This document shows positions 53,801-64,000 of a stretch of 64,000 nt of DNA, in pieces. This DNA comes from Macrostomum lignano (Eukaryota), in contig NIVC01002661.1 of NCBI GenBank assembly GCA_002269645.1, positions 87,631 through 151,630 of the forward strand. Direction: 5' to 3'. Made by a program: the position numbers and the translations under genes. The notes under the pieces were generated by a model that was not told where the DNA came from, did not search any database, and saw only the letters and a program-made list of their open reading frames with translations. Position 1 is the stretch's first letter; every line of letters starts with the position of its first letter.

Positions 53801-56150
53801 ATAAAGTTGTTCTGCCATCGGTTTTATCTCGAAATGCATTTGTTCGAAATATTTTTGGTATTTTTTATCCTTTTCCTGACAGAGTCACGCTGAGGTGAGA
53901 GCTGCTGCCGATTTGGCTGCAAAAAGGCTGGCCTTGGCGTACGAGAAAGAAGAAAAAAGAGCAAAAGCTTTTGCAAAATCAGCTGCGGCAGAAAGAGCTC
54001 AAGCTCAGAGCCTAGCAGCAGCAAAAGCAGCGGCTGAAGCCAAAGCGGCTTTGAAAGCGGCAGCAATGGAGGCATCAAAGTTGGCGGCTTTAGCATTCGC
54101 GGTGTCGAGGGCGGTGGCCGAGTCCCAATCGGCAGTATTGGCGGCTGCTGATGAGGAACTGGAAACAAAGACCGCGGCTGATGCGAAGGATATCTCGGCG
54201 GCATCGTATCGATCGGAAATGACTGAGAAGGCGGCTGTCAAAGCCAAATTAGCGGCTGAGTCAGCGAACGACGTGGCAGCCGAATTGCAGGCGCTTGCAG
54301 CTGCAGCAGCAGAAGAAAAAGTGACTGCCAGTTCGGCAGCTGATGCGGCTTCAAAAGCGGCTGAGGCTGCAGCCTTCGATGCGGAGATCGCCGGTTCTCC
54401 GCTACCCGACGAGGCTGCAAAGTTTGCATCATCAGCGTCGCACGAAGCCGAAGCTGCTGCCAGGGCAGTCACCGAGATCGCTGCAAAGTCAGCCACCGAG
54501 GCCTCCATCGCGAAGAGGGGAGCCCGCATGGCGGCTGCTTCGGCGGAGACGGCAGCAAAGTCAGCTGCGGTTGCGGCTGCTGCAGCGCAGGAGGCCACAG
54601 AAGCGATTGCGGCGGAAAAAGCTGAGCTGAATTATTTGATTGCTGAGCTGGACGTGGCCTTGTTGGACCGAAAGTTAACTCGGGTGCGCAAGGCCGTTGA
54701 GTCGTTGGAGGCTCGCGAAAAGGAGCTGCGCGGCAGTCAGTCGAGAAAGCTGAAGGAGGCACAACAGACTTTAACGGCGCTACAGAATAGAAAAGGTTCT
54801 GTTTTTCTTTGACCAAAAAAGTAGCAGTTGTGCTTGAATTCTGATATGTAACTCAAAGTAGCTTGTACATGTATAGTAAATCCTTTACATTCAGTTGGCA
54901 GTGACAATTTCGACCCTGCTCTATCCAACCTCCTCAGATCTTCGGGACGCCATGGCGGACGCTCAGCGAGCCCGCAGCACCGACCGCCTGCGCGCGTTGG
55001 TGCACCGTCTGGAGGCTGAAGCCGAGTCGCAGCCGCTGACGGAGGCGCAGCTGGCGCTGTTCAGCGAGGACCTGCGGCTCGCCAGAGAGGCCATCCAGCG
55101 AGATGACAAGCTGAAGCGAATTCCCTCACACCGGCTGGAGATGAGTCCGAAGAGTCTGTCCGAGCTGAAGCAGTACAGCCGGCCAGTGGAAACGGTGCAC
55201 CGGACGGTGCAGGCGCTGCTGCTGCTGCTCGGGTACTACGAAAAGCGCACACGGGTGAGTCAAGGACTACCCAAGTAGAAGGGCGGGAAACTACATTTTC
55301 GGGGAACTTTTGAGAGGCTTGTTTTATTGAAGAAATACATTACGGAGAATGGAGGTTTTCATTTTTTCAGCGTAAAATTTGTAATGATCCATTTGATGGC
55401 GGACAAACCCAATGATCATCTTTTGATACGACTTGATTTTCTGTTAGTTCTATAGATATTCGTAGAGCTTTTTTGTTCAGAAAGTTTGTATTTTGTGTTA
55501 ATTTTATGAGCGCAATCCTAATTACATGTCCAAACATCGTAAAAATGACACAACTTAATTCATTCGCAATTTCGCATTGAGGGCGGAGAAGCTTTTTAAA
55601 TGCTAGGTCGGTGTGTAGTGTACAGAGTGCAGAGCTTGTGTTCTATAGATTGTACTGTGCAGTCATTTTGCTGCCCCTCACTGGGTCTGTTTACTCGTGA
55701 ACTTCTCCACGTTACCAACAGAAGTGGCACCGCTGCCAGCCGCTGTTGAAGAGCATCAACAAGTTTGTCGCGGAGTTTCAGCCGCGCTTCGTTGATCCGC
55801 GCATCGCCGCCCGAAGTTCGGAGATTCTGGGCAGCATCGACAAGCGCGAGATCGCCCTGCAGAGCGCTGCCGCCTTCGCCTTCTACCAATGGGTTCGTTT
55901 GAGGAATTTTTCTTGACAATGAGAGTGCAGCATGGCAGCCTGACTCCTTCATCAATCAATTTTACTCCAGGCGGTCAGGACCACGCAGTCCATCAAGGAT
56001 GCGACCTCAGTGGACAGTTTTGTTCCAGCCAGCATGGTTCAGCAAAGGTGGATCCTTCGGGTCACGATGGAGGAGGACTCTGCGTTGGACTTTCAAGACA
56101 AGGGCATTCGCAAGAAGAGTGCACGTCGTCCTCGGACTTCAAAAATTTGA
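47821..56150 (+). CDS. KY/hillarin-like transglutaminase-fold + Ala-rich rod + dynein-MTBD-like protein, copy C (divergent paralogue; 5' end uncertain)
   Basis: Exons ?-47970, 48849-49344, 51591-52502, 52707-53793, 53883-54795, 54938-55254, 55722-55892, 55971-56150 with compatible phases. One apparent 1-nt deletion near 48914 (CTGCC vs CTGGCC in copy A). Confidence 0.72.
48260..48662. repeat. 20-bp minisatellite (CATCTAGTCTCCATACCCTC) in a copy C intron
   Basis: About 20 tandem units. Confidence 0.95.
49780..50826 (-). mobile_element. 5'-truncated non-LTR retrotransposon (RTE-like), degenerate reverse transcriptase
   Basis: RT motifs GVLQGDTLAPFLF, [Y>C]ADDLALL, FLYLG, RRLRLAGHVIR. (TTG)n 3' tail. 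GTTGC target duplication at 49775-49779 and 50827-50831. Frameshift near 50075. Confidence 0.88.
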
Positions 56151-56751
56151 ACTTTAAACTCACTCTTCTTTGCTAAAAGTAGGGCAAAGAGTATTTTAAA
56201 ACTGAATTTTCAAACGCATTGAAATAATGGGAAATCATCTCAAGTGAAATTTTGCAGTCAAGTTTATCAATCAATTGAGACTACCAGATTCAAACCTGTC
56301 GAATTCCATATGATTTTGTAAACATTACAGAAGATTTTGACTTTTTCATCGTTTTAGCAACATTCGTGTACTGTACGTGCTTTAAATACCTGCCGAAGTT
56401 TTTTCTGTGCAAGCGAAAGTCCAAGACTGCCACAGACAACTTTTGGGCTTTCGACCACAGACGAAATTTTGTCGGGTATTATAGAATTTAACCAGCACGA
56501 GTGAACGTGAAGGAATCCCATTGACATATGGCCAAGCATTCTTAAATGGAATTTACTGCACGGCTTGGGATTTACTGCACAGTCGCGTTATCTATCTATG
56601 TCTATGGCTAAAACCAGAAGAATGCTTTGCCCATAAATCAATGAATCTATCACTAGGTTTCGAGTGCGTAAATAGTCTTAGCACGAGTGCCATAGACTAT
56701 TTACGCACTCGAAACCTAGAGATAAATCTACCATTGTTAGATGAGTCATCG

Positions 56752-58832
56752 CAGGGACAACTAAAACCCTCGGGACGCAAAACGAGCCAATTCATGGCAA
56801 AAAATCTGAGGGGCTCGCTTAAAAGTATTGTTCTATGGCTTTTTCAAGTCTTCTCTGCTATCAGGCAAATTAAAATTGCTTTAGCTGCGGCCAGCAGTGA
56901 AGCTAAGCTGAACTATATCAAGTGAATCATTTTTTATTCACTTGATGAAATGCCAAGAAAGTGCAGCGTATTTCCGTGCTCGTCAAATTACAACTCTGAA
57001 GCCGTTCGAACACGGACATTTGCGTTTCCCAGAGATCCACAGGAGCGAGAGCGATGGAGAAAGGCGCTGCCAAATATTCTCCAGGTAAGAAACCAGATCA
57101 TTTGCTGTCATTACTGCTGCATAATTCCGCTTCAATTCTGCATGCCAGTCTCGTCCAAACAACTTGAAACCCAAAATTTATTATTTTAGAGAGTGACTGA
57201 CCATATGGGCGTGTGCGTAAAGCATTGGCCAAGCGATGCTCCAATGGTCAAGAAAAACTCTACCGAAAGGCCAATTAATCCTCCTTCTGTTTTTAATGGA
57301 GTTCCTAGCTCGTGTTTTGTTCAGAACCAAGGTACGTAACTTAAAGATTGCTCAACACTTAGCGTCTATATCGATTTTGCCGCTCACAATTATCTTACTT
57401 TTATTTTTACTCTTATTTTAGACCAGGACCGACAGGCCGAAAAGCGCGGTGTTCTTTCTGATGCGAGGTGCGGCGACATCGATGAGATGGACGCTTTTCA
57501 GCTGCTTGATTTTTTGCCGGCATGGGAAAGTTTTCGAGCTGAGGTGAAAAATTCGGATGTCGTATCTCGACATGCACTGAACACAGCTATTCTGAACGAA
57601 GACGTTTACTTGTTTACGTTAGATAAAGATGGAGACCTGTCTGTTCGAATTTTTTGTCTCACCCAACTTTCTGATTCGTGCATTCAAACTGCATACACCG
57701 ATTTCGGTTCGAGACTTGTTGGGATTTCAACCGACACTCAAGCGCTGGATGCTGTTGTCGTGCAGTGCAAAAATTCCGACGCCAATCCCCAACGTGAAGT
57801 CGAAGCGTTTGTTAGTAGAATCAGTGATGATATAGATTCTGACTCTGATTTGGATCCGTCGCTTCAGTTTTTTATTCGACAACTTAGCCTTACATTAGTA
57901 AATCGGAACAATCGCCGCTATGACATTTCACTACACCTTTTCACGTTCAATTTTGAACAAAGTCCAGTTCTAAAAAAACTAGCGCGAAATTCAATTCAGA
58001 CAATTCAGACTGGGGACAATTTTGTCTATGGCTAAACCTCGCTTCCGTAGCAGAATGTTTTGAACTGGGGTTTGTTGCCCCAGTCTGAATTGTCTGAATT
58101 GAATTTCCGCTAGTTTTTTTAGAACTGGCCTTTGTTCAAAATTGAACGTGAAAAGGTGTAGTGCGACAGTCAGCATTGCTCTACTTGATCAGTAGTTCGG
58201 CTTACTCTTACCTACGGAAGCTATTGCCATTGCCTCATCCCCGAACGCTGCAGCTGCAACTAGCAGGTACAGGAGAAGTTAACACAGAAACCGACGCAGC
58301 CGATGTGATCCAGTCAGTTTTTGCTAGTCTATCAGGAGCTCAGCGAAACTGGCTAATATGTTTGACGAAATGTACATACAACCGTCGTTCGATATCGATG
58401 CCGTCACCTTCTGGGTCGAGCCGTCGACGATCCGGACCAGGTTCCTTTATGTACGAGCTACTGACTGTTTGTGTCGTTTGTCCTTGGAGTTCCGTATTTG
58501 CTTCTATCTTCTTGCCGTTGGAGTTTCATCTTCGCTTTCATCCTTTATCTTCTTGCCGTTGGAGTTATATCTTTGCTTTCATCTTTTATCTTCTTGCCGT
58601 TGGAGTTTTTGTTGGTATGGCGGTTACTTTATTGTAAATAATTATTATCACTGGTTCCTATTCTTTAAATTAAATACTCGACATTGCCTCGCTTTACTAT
58701 TTAATCTAACCGTTAATGCCTGATAGCAGAGAAGACTTGAAAAAGCCATAGAACAATACTTTTAAGCGAGCCCCTCAGATTTTTTTGCCATGAATTGGCT
58801 CGTTTCGCGTCCCGAGGTTTTAGTTGTCCCTG
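56752..58832 (+). mobile_element. Defective P-element-superfamily (THAP9-like) DNA transposon with ~120-bp TIRs
   Basis: TIRs CAGGGACAACTAAAAC...TATCAGGCA (56752-56868) and its inverse (58717-58832). GAGTCATCG direct repeat on both flanks. Spliced transposase: THAP C2CH exons 56950-57084 and 57190-57331 (CSVFPC...W...CVKHW...P), exon from 57422, and AYSYLRKLLPLPHPRTL...MFDEMYI. Truncated after the first catalytic Asp. Confidence 0.85.
57934..58158. mobile_element. Tc1/mariner-type MITE nested in the transposase ORF
   Basis: About 85-bp inverted arms CACCTTTTCACGTTC... / ...GAACGTGAAAAGGTG, TA duplicated at 57932-57933 and 58159-58160. Removing it restores RRYDISL|VRQSALLYLISSSAY. Confidence 0.85.
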
Positions 58833-59390
58833 GAGTCATCGTGAAGCAATGCCACAAAACCGTGCAGGAATGCATTCTTCGCCTAATGCTTTTTCAGTGA
58901 AATTTTACCATACTCGTTGACATCCACTCCTGCACGCAAAAGCGTGCAAGAATGCCATTCCTGCATGGAGAATCAGCCGACAATGAGACATGGACGCCAT
59001 AGATATTTTTGAGCTTATCGAGGCTGATATAGCCTGGCTAAAAACACATAGCCGCAAATAATGAGACCAGTTTGATGGGTGCTGCACTCCAATGCTCTAG
59101 ATTTGCGACCTTCAACAAAGATCAGATTGCTGAAAAGATCGACGCCGCAGTGCCTGCCAATGCGAAGAGGAAGAAGAAATGGGCCGTCAAGCCAAATGAG
59201 CCGTCAAGTCCAGACATGAGGCCATCCTGAACGGCGGACACACTGGATTGCTGGTGCTCAAGCCAATTAAAGAGTGAAGCAACGCCGAATGGGCCTACTA
59301 GCTGCGCTGCGGATGATTTGAGGCAGGACTTAATTTGAGACCAGTTACATGAAATCTGACCATAGACTACGCGAAAGTAAGGCATCCTAC

Positions 59391-59432
59391 CATGGACTTC
59401 TATACTTAGCATGCTAAGTATAGAAGTCCATG
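59391..59432. mobile_element. 42-bp perfect palindrome with CA..TG ends and 8-bp TSD (TIR-only transposon footprint)
   Basis: CATGGACTTCTATACTTAGCA|TGCTAAGTATAGAAGTCCATG flanked by CATCCTAC at 59383-59390 and 59433-59440. Confidence 0.8.
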
Positions 59433-59749
59433 CATCCTACGAAGAAGAAAGGCCAAGTTAAATAAGCCATTAGTCGGTTTTAAACGGTTTCAACGGATTG
59501 GGCATTTCAGCCAAAAGTTGGGTAATTGAAATAATGATGTGACAGAATATATTTGAATGAGAATTCTCGGTGTAAAATGTGCGCGATGATTCATCAGTCT
59601 ACACTAATGCGTTGCGTCACTGCACGGGAATATCGTGAGTCAGTCTGTGGAGTGTGGAATATAGTTAATACAATGGCTGCAAATTTCATCGGCATTGCAA
59701 GCAGAAGCAATAGCAGTTTAGAATGATGAGCGGCACGCTTAAGCAATCT

Positions 59750-60795
59750 TTATACATCAGGCGTCTTCCAGCACATGACGATATGGCGACCAATCTTGAA
59801 GAAAAATGACAGCCCAGGCTCGTGGCTATAGCTGGCCCAGTACTGTCCCGTAACCATGACAACGTGCCAAAGCTTGCCGAACTGGCCGTCCAGCTGCTGC
59901 TTCAGCCGGCCAGCGACATCTTTCTCATCTTTGCCGCGTCTCTGGGCGTCGCGAAATATTTCAGTCAGGTCCACCTGCATCTCTAGGCCCATGCTGGAGG
60001 CGATGACGGTGACGTCCTCCGGCAGCCGGTTATTCCTCAGACACTCGGCCTTGAGCTGGTTGAGTCGGTAGATTCGCCTATTTTAGGAAAATGCGATGGG
60101 TTGCTTTCGTGCGTTACCACGAGTTCATTCGACGCATTGCACGAAGTTGGGTTTTGCGAGCTAATGATGACGCAGCAATATGTGCTCTAAAGAATAAAAA
60201 GTTCAATTGAATCATGAAAAACAGTATACAGTCTTACGCTTGCTTCGGATTGAGCCCCAGAACGTTGCAGTATTCGTCCAGTGTAATCGCGCCGTCATCG
60301 TTCTCATCAAATAGCTTCATCCATTTCTGAAAAAGCGAATTCGGTAAATGCCATGACTTGGATGTTTGTGTGTAACTATTACTCAATACTATCTGCGAGT
60401 CTGATGAATGCAGCTAAATAACATTTCAGCGACCATTTTACCTACCTTGATACCAACATAAGATCTGTTAGATCAGTTTAAACCCTTAAATACCGGAGTC
60501 CGGATCACCGTGTGAATAAGTACACAAAGCATTGGAAACACTGGAAGCTACAAACCTCGCCAAAATTGGCCTCAAACTGGCTGCTGCTGGTCATGTAGGC
60601 CGCTAATTCATCCGGTGTGATGGACTCGCTCCGATCCTTGTCGACCGCAAAGAACGCATCAAGGAAGGGATTCTGTGCAGCTGCCTCCTCTGCTGCGACG
60701 CGTCCCGGTGACAACGGCGGTGGAGCAGGCGATGTTGAGCCCGAAGCGGAGGCAGTGGAGTGCGCTGGCGACACAGAGAGCGACATGCTTCGCAT
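59750..60795 (-). CDS. Tegumental-allergen-like (TAL) protein: two EF-hands + C-terminal dynein light chain (LC8)-like domain, 3 exons
   Basis: Exons 60795-60556, 60326-60238, 60077-59750. EF loops DKDRSESITPDE and DENDDGAITLDE. LC8-like end VAGRLKQQLDGQFGKLWHVVMVTGQYWASYSHEPGLSFFFKIGRHIVMCWKTP. Confidence 0.85.
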
Positions 60796-61336
60796 ATAGA
60801 AATATAGCTAGTAGCCTTATTCCCAGCGGGTGCACTGCGTTTTCCACTACTGCTTTGTATTAAACCCTGGCTCTCCATGAGCAATGACTAAGCGCAGTCT
60901 AAAAATAAGCTGCAGAGCAGCGCTGTGTTCTCTGCATCGTCGCGATAATAAAAATGCCACTCCTGCAGAAGAACCCAGATTTAATTTGTGATGCGAGATT
61001 AAGGCTGAGTCCGATCAAGAACGGATCAAGGGTAGCTGGGGCCAGGACAGTTCAGGACTTCGCGTAAATAAAACATGCAAGTTTTTCTATACTAGCCCAC
61101 TTTTAACCACAATGCTTGGTTGCTCCAGCTTCTCTGAGCAGTTCTTAAGCTGATCATCCCTCATCCGCAATCTGTCTGCTGGCAACTAGAGTCTCCACTG
61201 TTAAATTAATTATTTAAATGTTTCTTAAGTTACCCCTACCACCCGTTTCGCCTGATGACACTCCTAACCAATTTAGTAAATGGACGTTAGCGACTGCCTA
61301 GAAAACAAAGGAAAACAAACTTTGAAATGATTGACT

Positions 61337-61383
61337 CAAGGACCACTAGAAGTTACGTTGTAGGTAACTTCTAGTGGTCCTTG
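61337..61383. mobile_element. 47-bp TIR-only transposon footprint with 8-bp TSD
   Basis: CAAGGACCACTAGAAGTTAC-gttgtag-GTAACTTCTAGTGGTCCTTG flanked by GATTGACT at 61329-61336 and 61384-61391. Confidence 0.8.
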
Positions 61384-62798
61384 GATTGACTCATCCCGTG
61401 AATCGACAAATCCAATATAAGATTGTTTAAAAGTAAATTTATGTCCATGTAGTGATAGAAAGCTTAGATATTACTACAAATATTCTGCACGTTGCCTTTA
61501 AATCCTTTGACTGCCTGGGATCTTAAGTTTGGATATCCAGTTGTAAATTAGTTGCTGTTATGTTTTTTTTTTCTTTTCTCTAGGAATTTCTGCTGCTATA
61601 TAGTGAGCTAAGTCGTTTTTATATACAGCAAGTTTTAGCCAAAGCATTTGAATTAGCGCATGTTTAGATGCATTTATTTTTAATCAAAAACTATTGAATT
61701 GAAAGTAAATATTTTAATTAAGATTCCGTTTCCTTCTGTCTAATATTCGAATGTGTAGAGCAGTGCCAAAGACTCCAATCAATATTTCAAAAGAATCTAA
61801 AAGATTTTCGCTATTTAGTAGTTTAAATATTTTTGCTAGAGCGACAATCTACAAAAAGTTCAACAACGTTGAAATTTTTTGTTTGTCTTTTTGCAACTAA
61901 GGTTATCCGCGGCAAATTGACGTAGGAGCACATTAACAGGCAAGTCAGTGTTATTAACACTTTGAAATGGTACCGCATGTCGTGAAACAGGTCACTGATT
62001 CACTGTTATTAATTTTATACCTACTTCCCGTTCTCACCCAGAGTAGTTTTTACTATAATATCTAAATATACTAAATCTCTAATATTTGTATGCTTGTCCA
62101 TAACGCTCTAGTAAGATATACTATTACTATGTTTCAAAGCACCGCACCACTTAGCTGATATTAGCAAAAATAAAACTTAAGCAATTCACGTTGTCGTTTT
62201 GTTGATTATATTTTAGAATTTACATTTGCTACTTGCTACAAGTAAATATAGTATATGCATTTATAATTTCGAAATGCTGTTTTTAAGGCTGATTATTAGA
62301 GTTCTTAGGGGTGAATATGTGTTGCAAACTAGTCACGTGCAATCAGATACAATTAGATTGTACTCTTTCCAATTTTTGGGTTGGCTTGTTTTGCCTCTTT
62401 TTATTTCAAATTTTGTATTGCATTTTCATCCTCTTATTGTATTACTTATTTTAAGACCTAAAGCATAGTCCTAAAAATTAAGGACTTTAGCTTATTGTTT
62501 TCTTAACTTAAAAATTTTAAATAGGCTTTTAAAATAGATTTTCTAATTCAAAGAGCTAAAATATTTAAACGGAGTTAGAATATCATTTTCATCTTTTAAT
62601 AATTTTTAACCAACATATATAAAAACAATACCGTTATAATATTAATAACTTTGTTGTAACTGGAGCTATGAGTATTTTCCTATACTAAAACTGAAATACG
62701 TTAAATTACCATGTATAACAAAAACGCTTGCTTTCCATGTTATGCCTTAGTTTCGCATTTTTATAGTGAATGATGATACACGTGTGTTTTCATTTCAG

Positions 62799-63275
62799 TT
62801 CCAAAGAATATGCCAGAAGGAAACATTTTACAAGTACTAGACTACTACAAAAATTATGCGCTAGAAGGAGATGAAATTCCATTAAATAACTATCTTTTGA
62901 GTTCCCCAAAAGGATTTCCAAACTTTGCGCAGCCTGGTTGACAGTCAGCTGCAAGCTGCCAAACCGAGTGCGGCGAGGGCCAACCAGCCACAGCCAACTC
63001 CGTGTAGCAGACGAAAAGAAGAGCTGTTTCAGATTCAGAAATTCACCGATATTGATCAGGCAGCAGAGGTCGGTGCAACTGAACTGGCAGGACGACTGGG
63101 AGACGCTTTCTCAGAAATTGTTTCGGAATTCGACCGGCGATCTCGAAAAAGTGCGCTCTGCTTTTGTGTTTACCTGCAGAGACTGGAACAACGGACTGCC
63201 AGCTCGCACAAAGAGAGCTCAGCGTACACGCTTATTCGAGAGAAAACTATGCAGAGATTTTTGGAACTTGGTCAG
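62799..63275 (+). CDS. Fourth, more divergent paralogue (copy D) of the KY/hillarin-like gene: one exon, gene continues beyond the window
   Basis: Stitched frames give LDYYKNYALEGDEIPLNNYLL, FPTLRSLV, RRKEELFQIQKFTDID, DDWETLSQKLF..DLEKVRSAFVFTC, AYTLIREK, colinear with exon 2 of A/B/C. Several frameshifts. Donor CAG|GTAGGA at 63275. Confidence 0.65.
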
Positions 63276-63489
63276 GTAGGACTGCTCATTCTGAAGAGTT
63301 CAGGTTCAGTCATTCAGTTTGTTTAAGGAAATTAATTTTTGTTAGCAAATTGTGTGTAAAGATTGTTGAAGAAGAGCACGTGAAGCCTGTATGTACGATT
63401 TGATGCGAGAGTGCCTTGAAAGTGCTAAATTTTTATTTTAGAAAAGAGACTATCGCATTGGGAGTGAAACCTAGTAGATTAGCCTCTTA

Positions 63490-64000
63490 GCAGACCAGTG
63501 TCTTAGTTGATCAGTGTCTTAGTAGACCAGTGTCTTAGTAAACCAGTGTCTTAGTAGACCAGTGTCTTAGTAAACCAGTGTCTTAGTAGACCAGTGTCTT
63601 AGTAGACCAGTGTCTTAGTAAACCAGTGTCTTAGTAGACCAGTGTCTTAGTAAACCAGTGTCTTAGTAAACAGTGTCTTAGTAGACCTGTGTCTTAGTAA
63701 ACCAGTGTCTTAGTAGACCAGTGTCTTAGTAAACCAGTGTCTTAGTAGACCAGTGTCTTAGTAGACCAGTGTCTTAGTAAACCAGATGTGCTTAGTAGAC
63801 CCAGTGTCTTAGTAGACCAAGCGTCTTAGTAAACCAGTGTCTCGTAGACCAGCGTCTTAGTAAACCAGTGTCTTAGTGACCAGTGTCTTAGTAGACCAGT
63901 GTCTTAGTAGACCAGTGTCTTAGTAGACCAGTGTCTTAGTAAACCAGTGTCTTAGTAAACCAGTGTCTTAGTAGACCAGTGTCTTAGTAACCAGTGTCTT
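63490..64000. repeat. 16-bp minisatellite (AGTAGACCAGTGTCTT) in the copy D intron
   Basis: More than 30 tandem units running to the window end. Confidence 0.95.

Overview
Eukaryotic (animal) genomic DNA, most consistent with a free-living flatworm such as Macrostomum. This is inferred from GC-rich exons, introns filled with locally private minisatellites, and a platyhelminth-type EF-hand + dynein-light-chain (TAL) gene. The left third holds ordinary spliced genes: a fatty-acid transport protein (SLC27A/FATP, +), a signal-peptide-bearing extended SDR/epimerase (-), and a head-to-head pair of cilia-associated genes (CYB5D1 on -, CFAP97D-like on +). From about 22.5 kb to the end is a tandem array of four paralogues (A, B, C and partial D). 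They encode a KY/hillarin-like transglutaminase-fold pseudo-enzyme, predicted beta-rich (Ig-like) domains, a ~300-aa Ala/Glu/Lys helical rod and a C-terminal domain resembling the dynein-stalk microtubule-binding domain. A and B are each preceded by a copy of a secreted LamG/ConA-like gene (12-13 kb segmental duplication), and the paralogues show exon-scale mosaic identity. Mobile DNA includes a defective intron-containing THAP/P-element-like transposon with a nested TA-TSD MITE, two tiny TIR-only footprints with 8-bp TSDs, a 5'-truncated RTE-type LINE and several foldback/MITE elements. All exon models were read by eye. Single-base frameshifts may be assembly errors.
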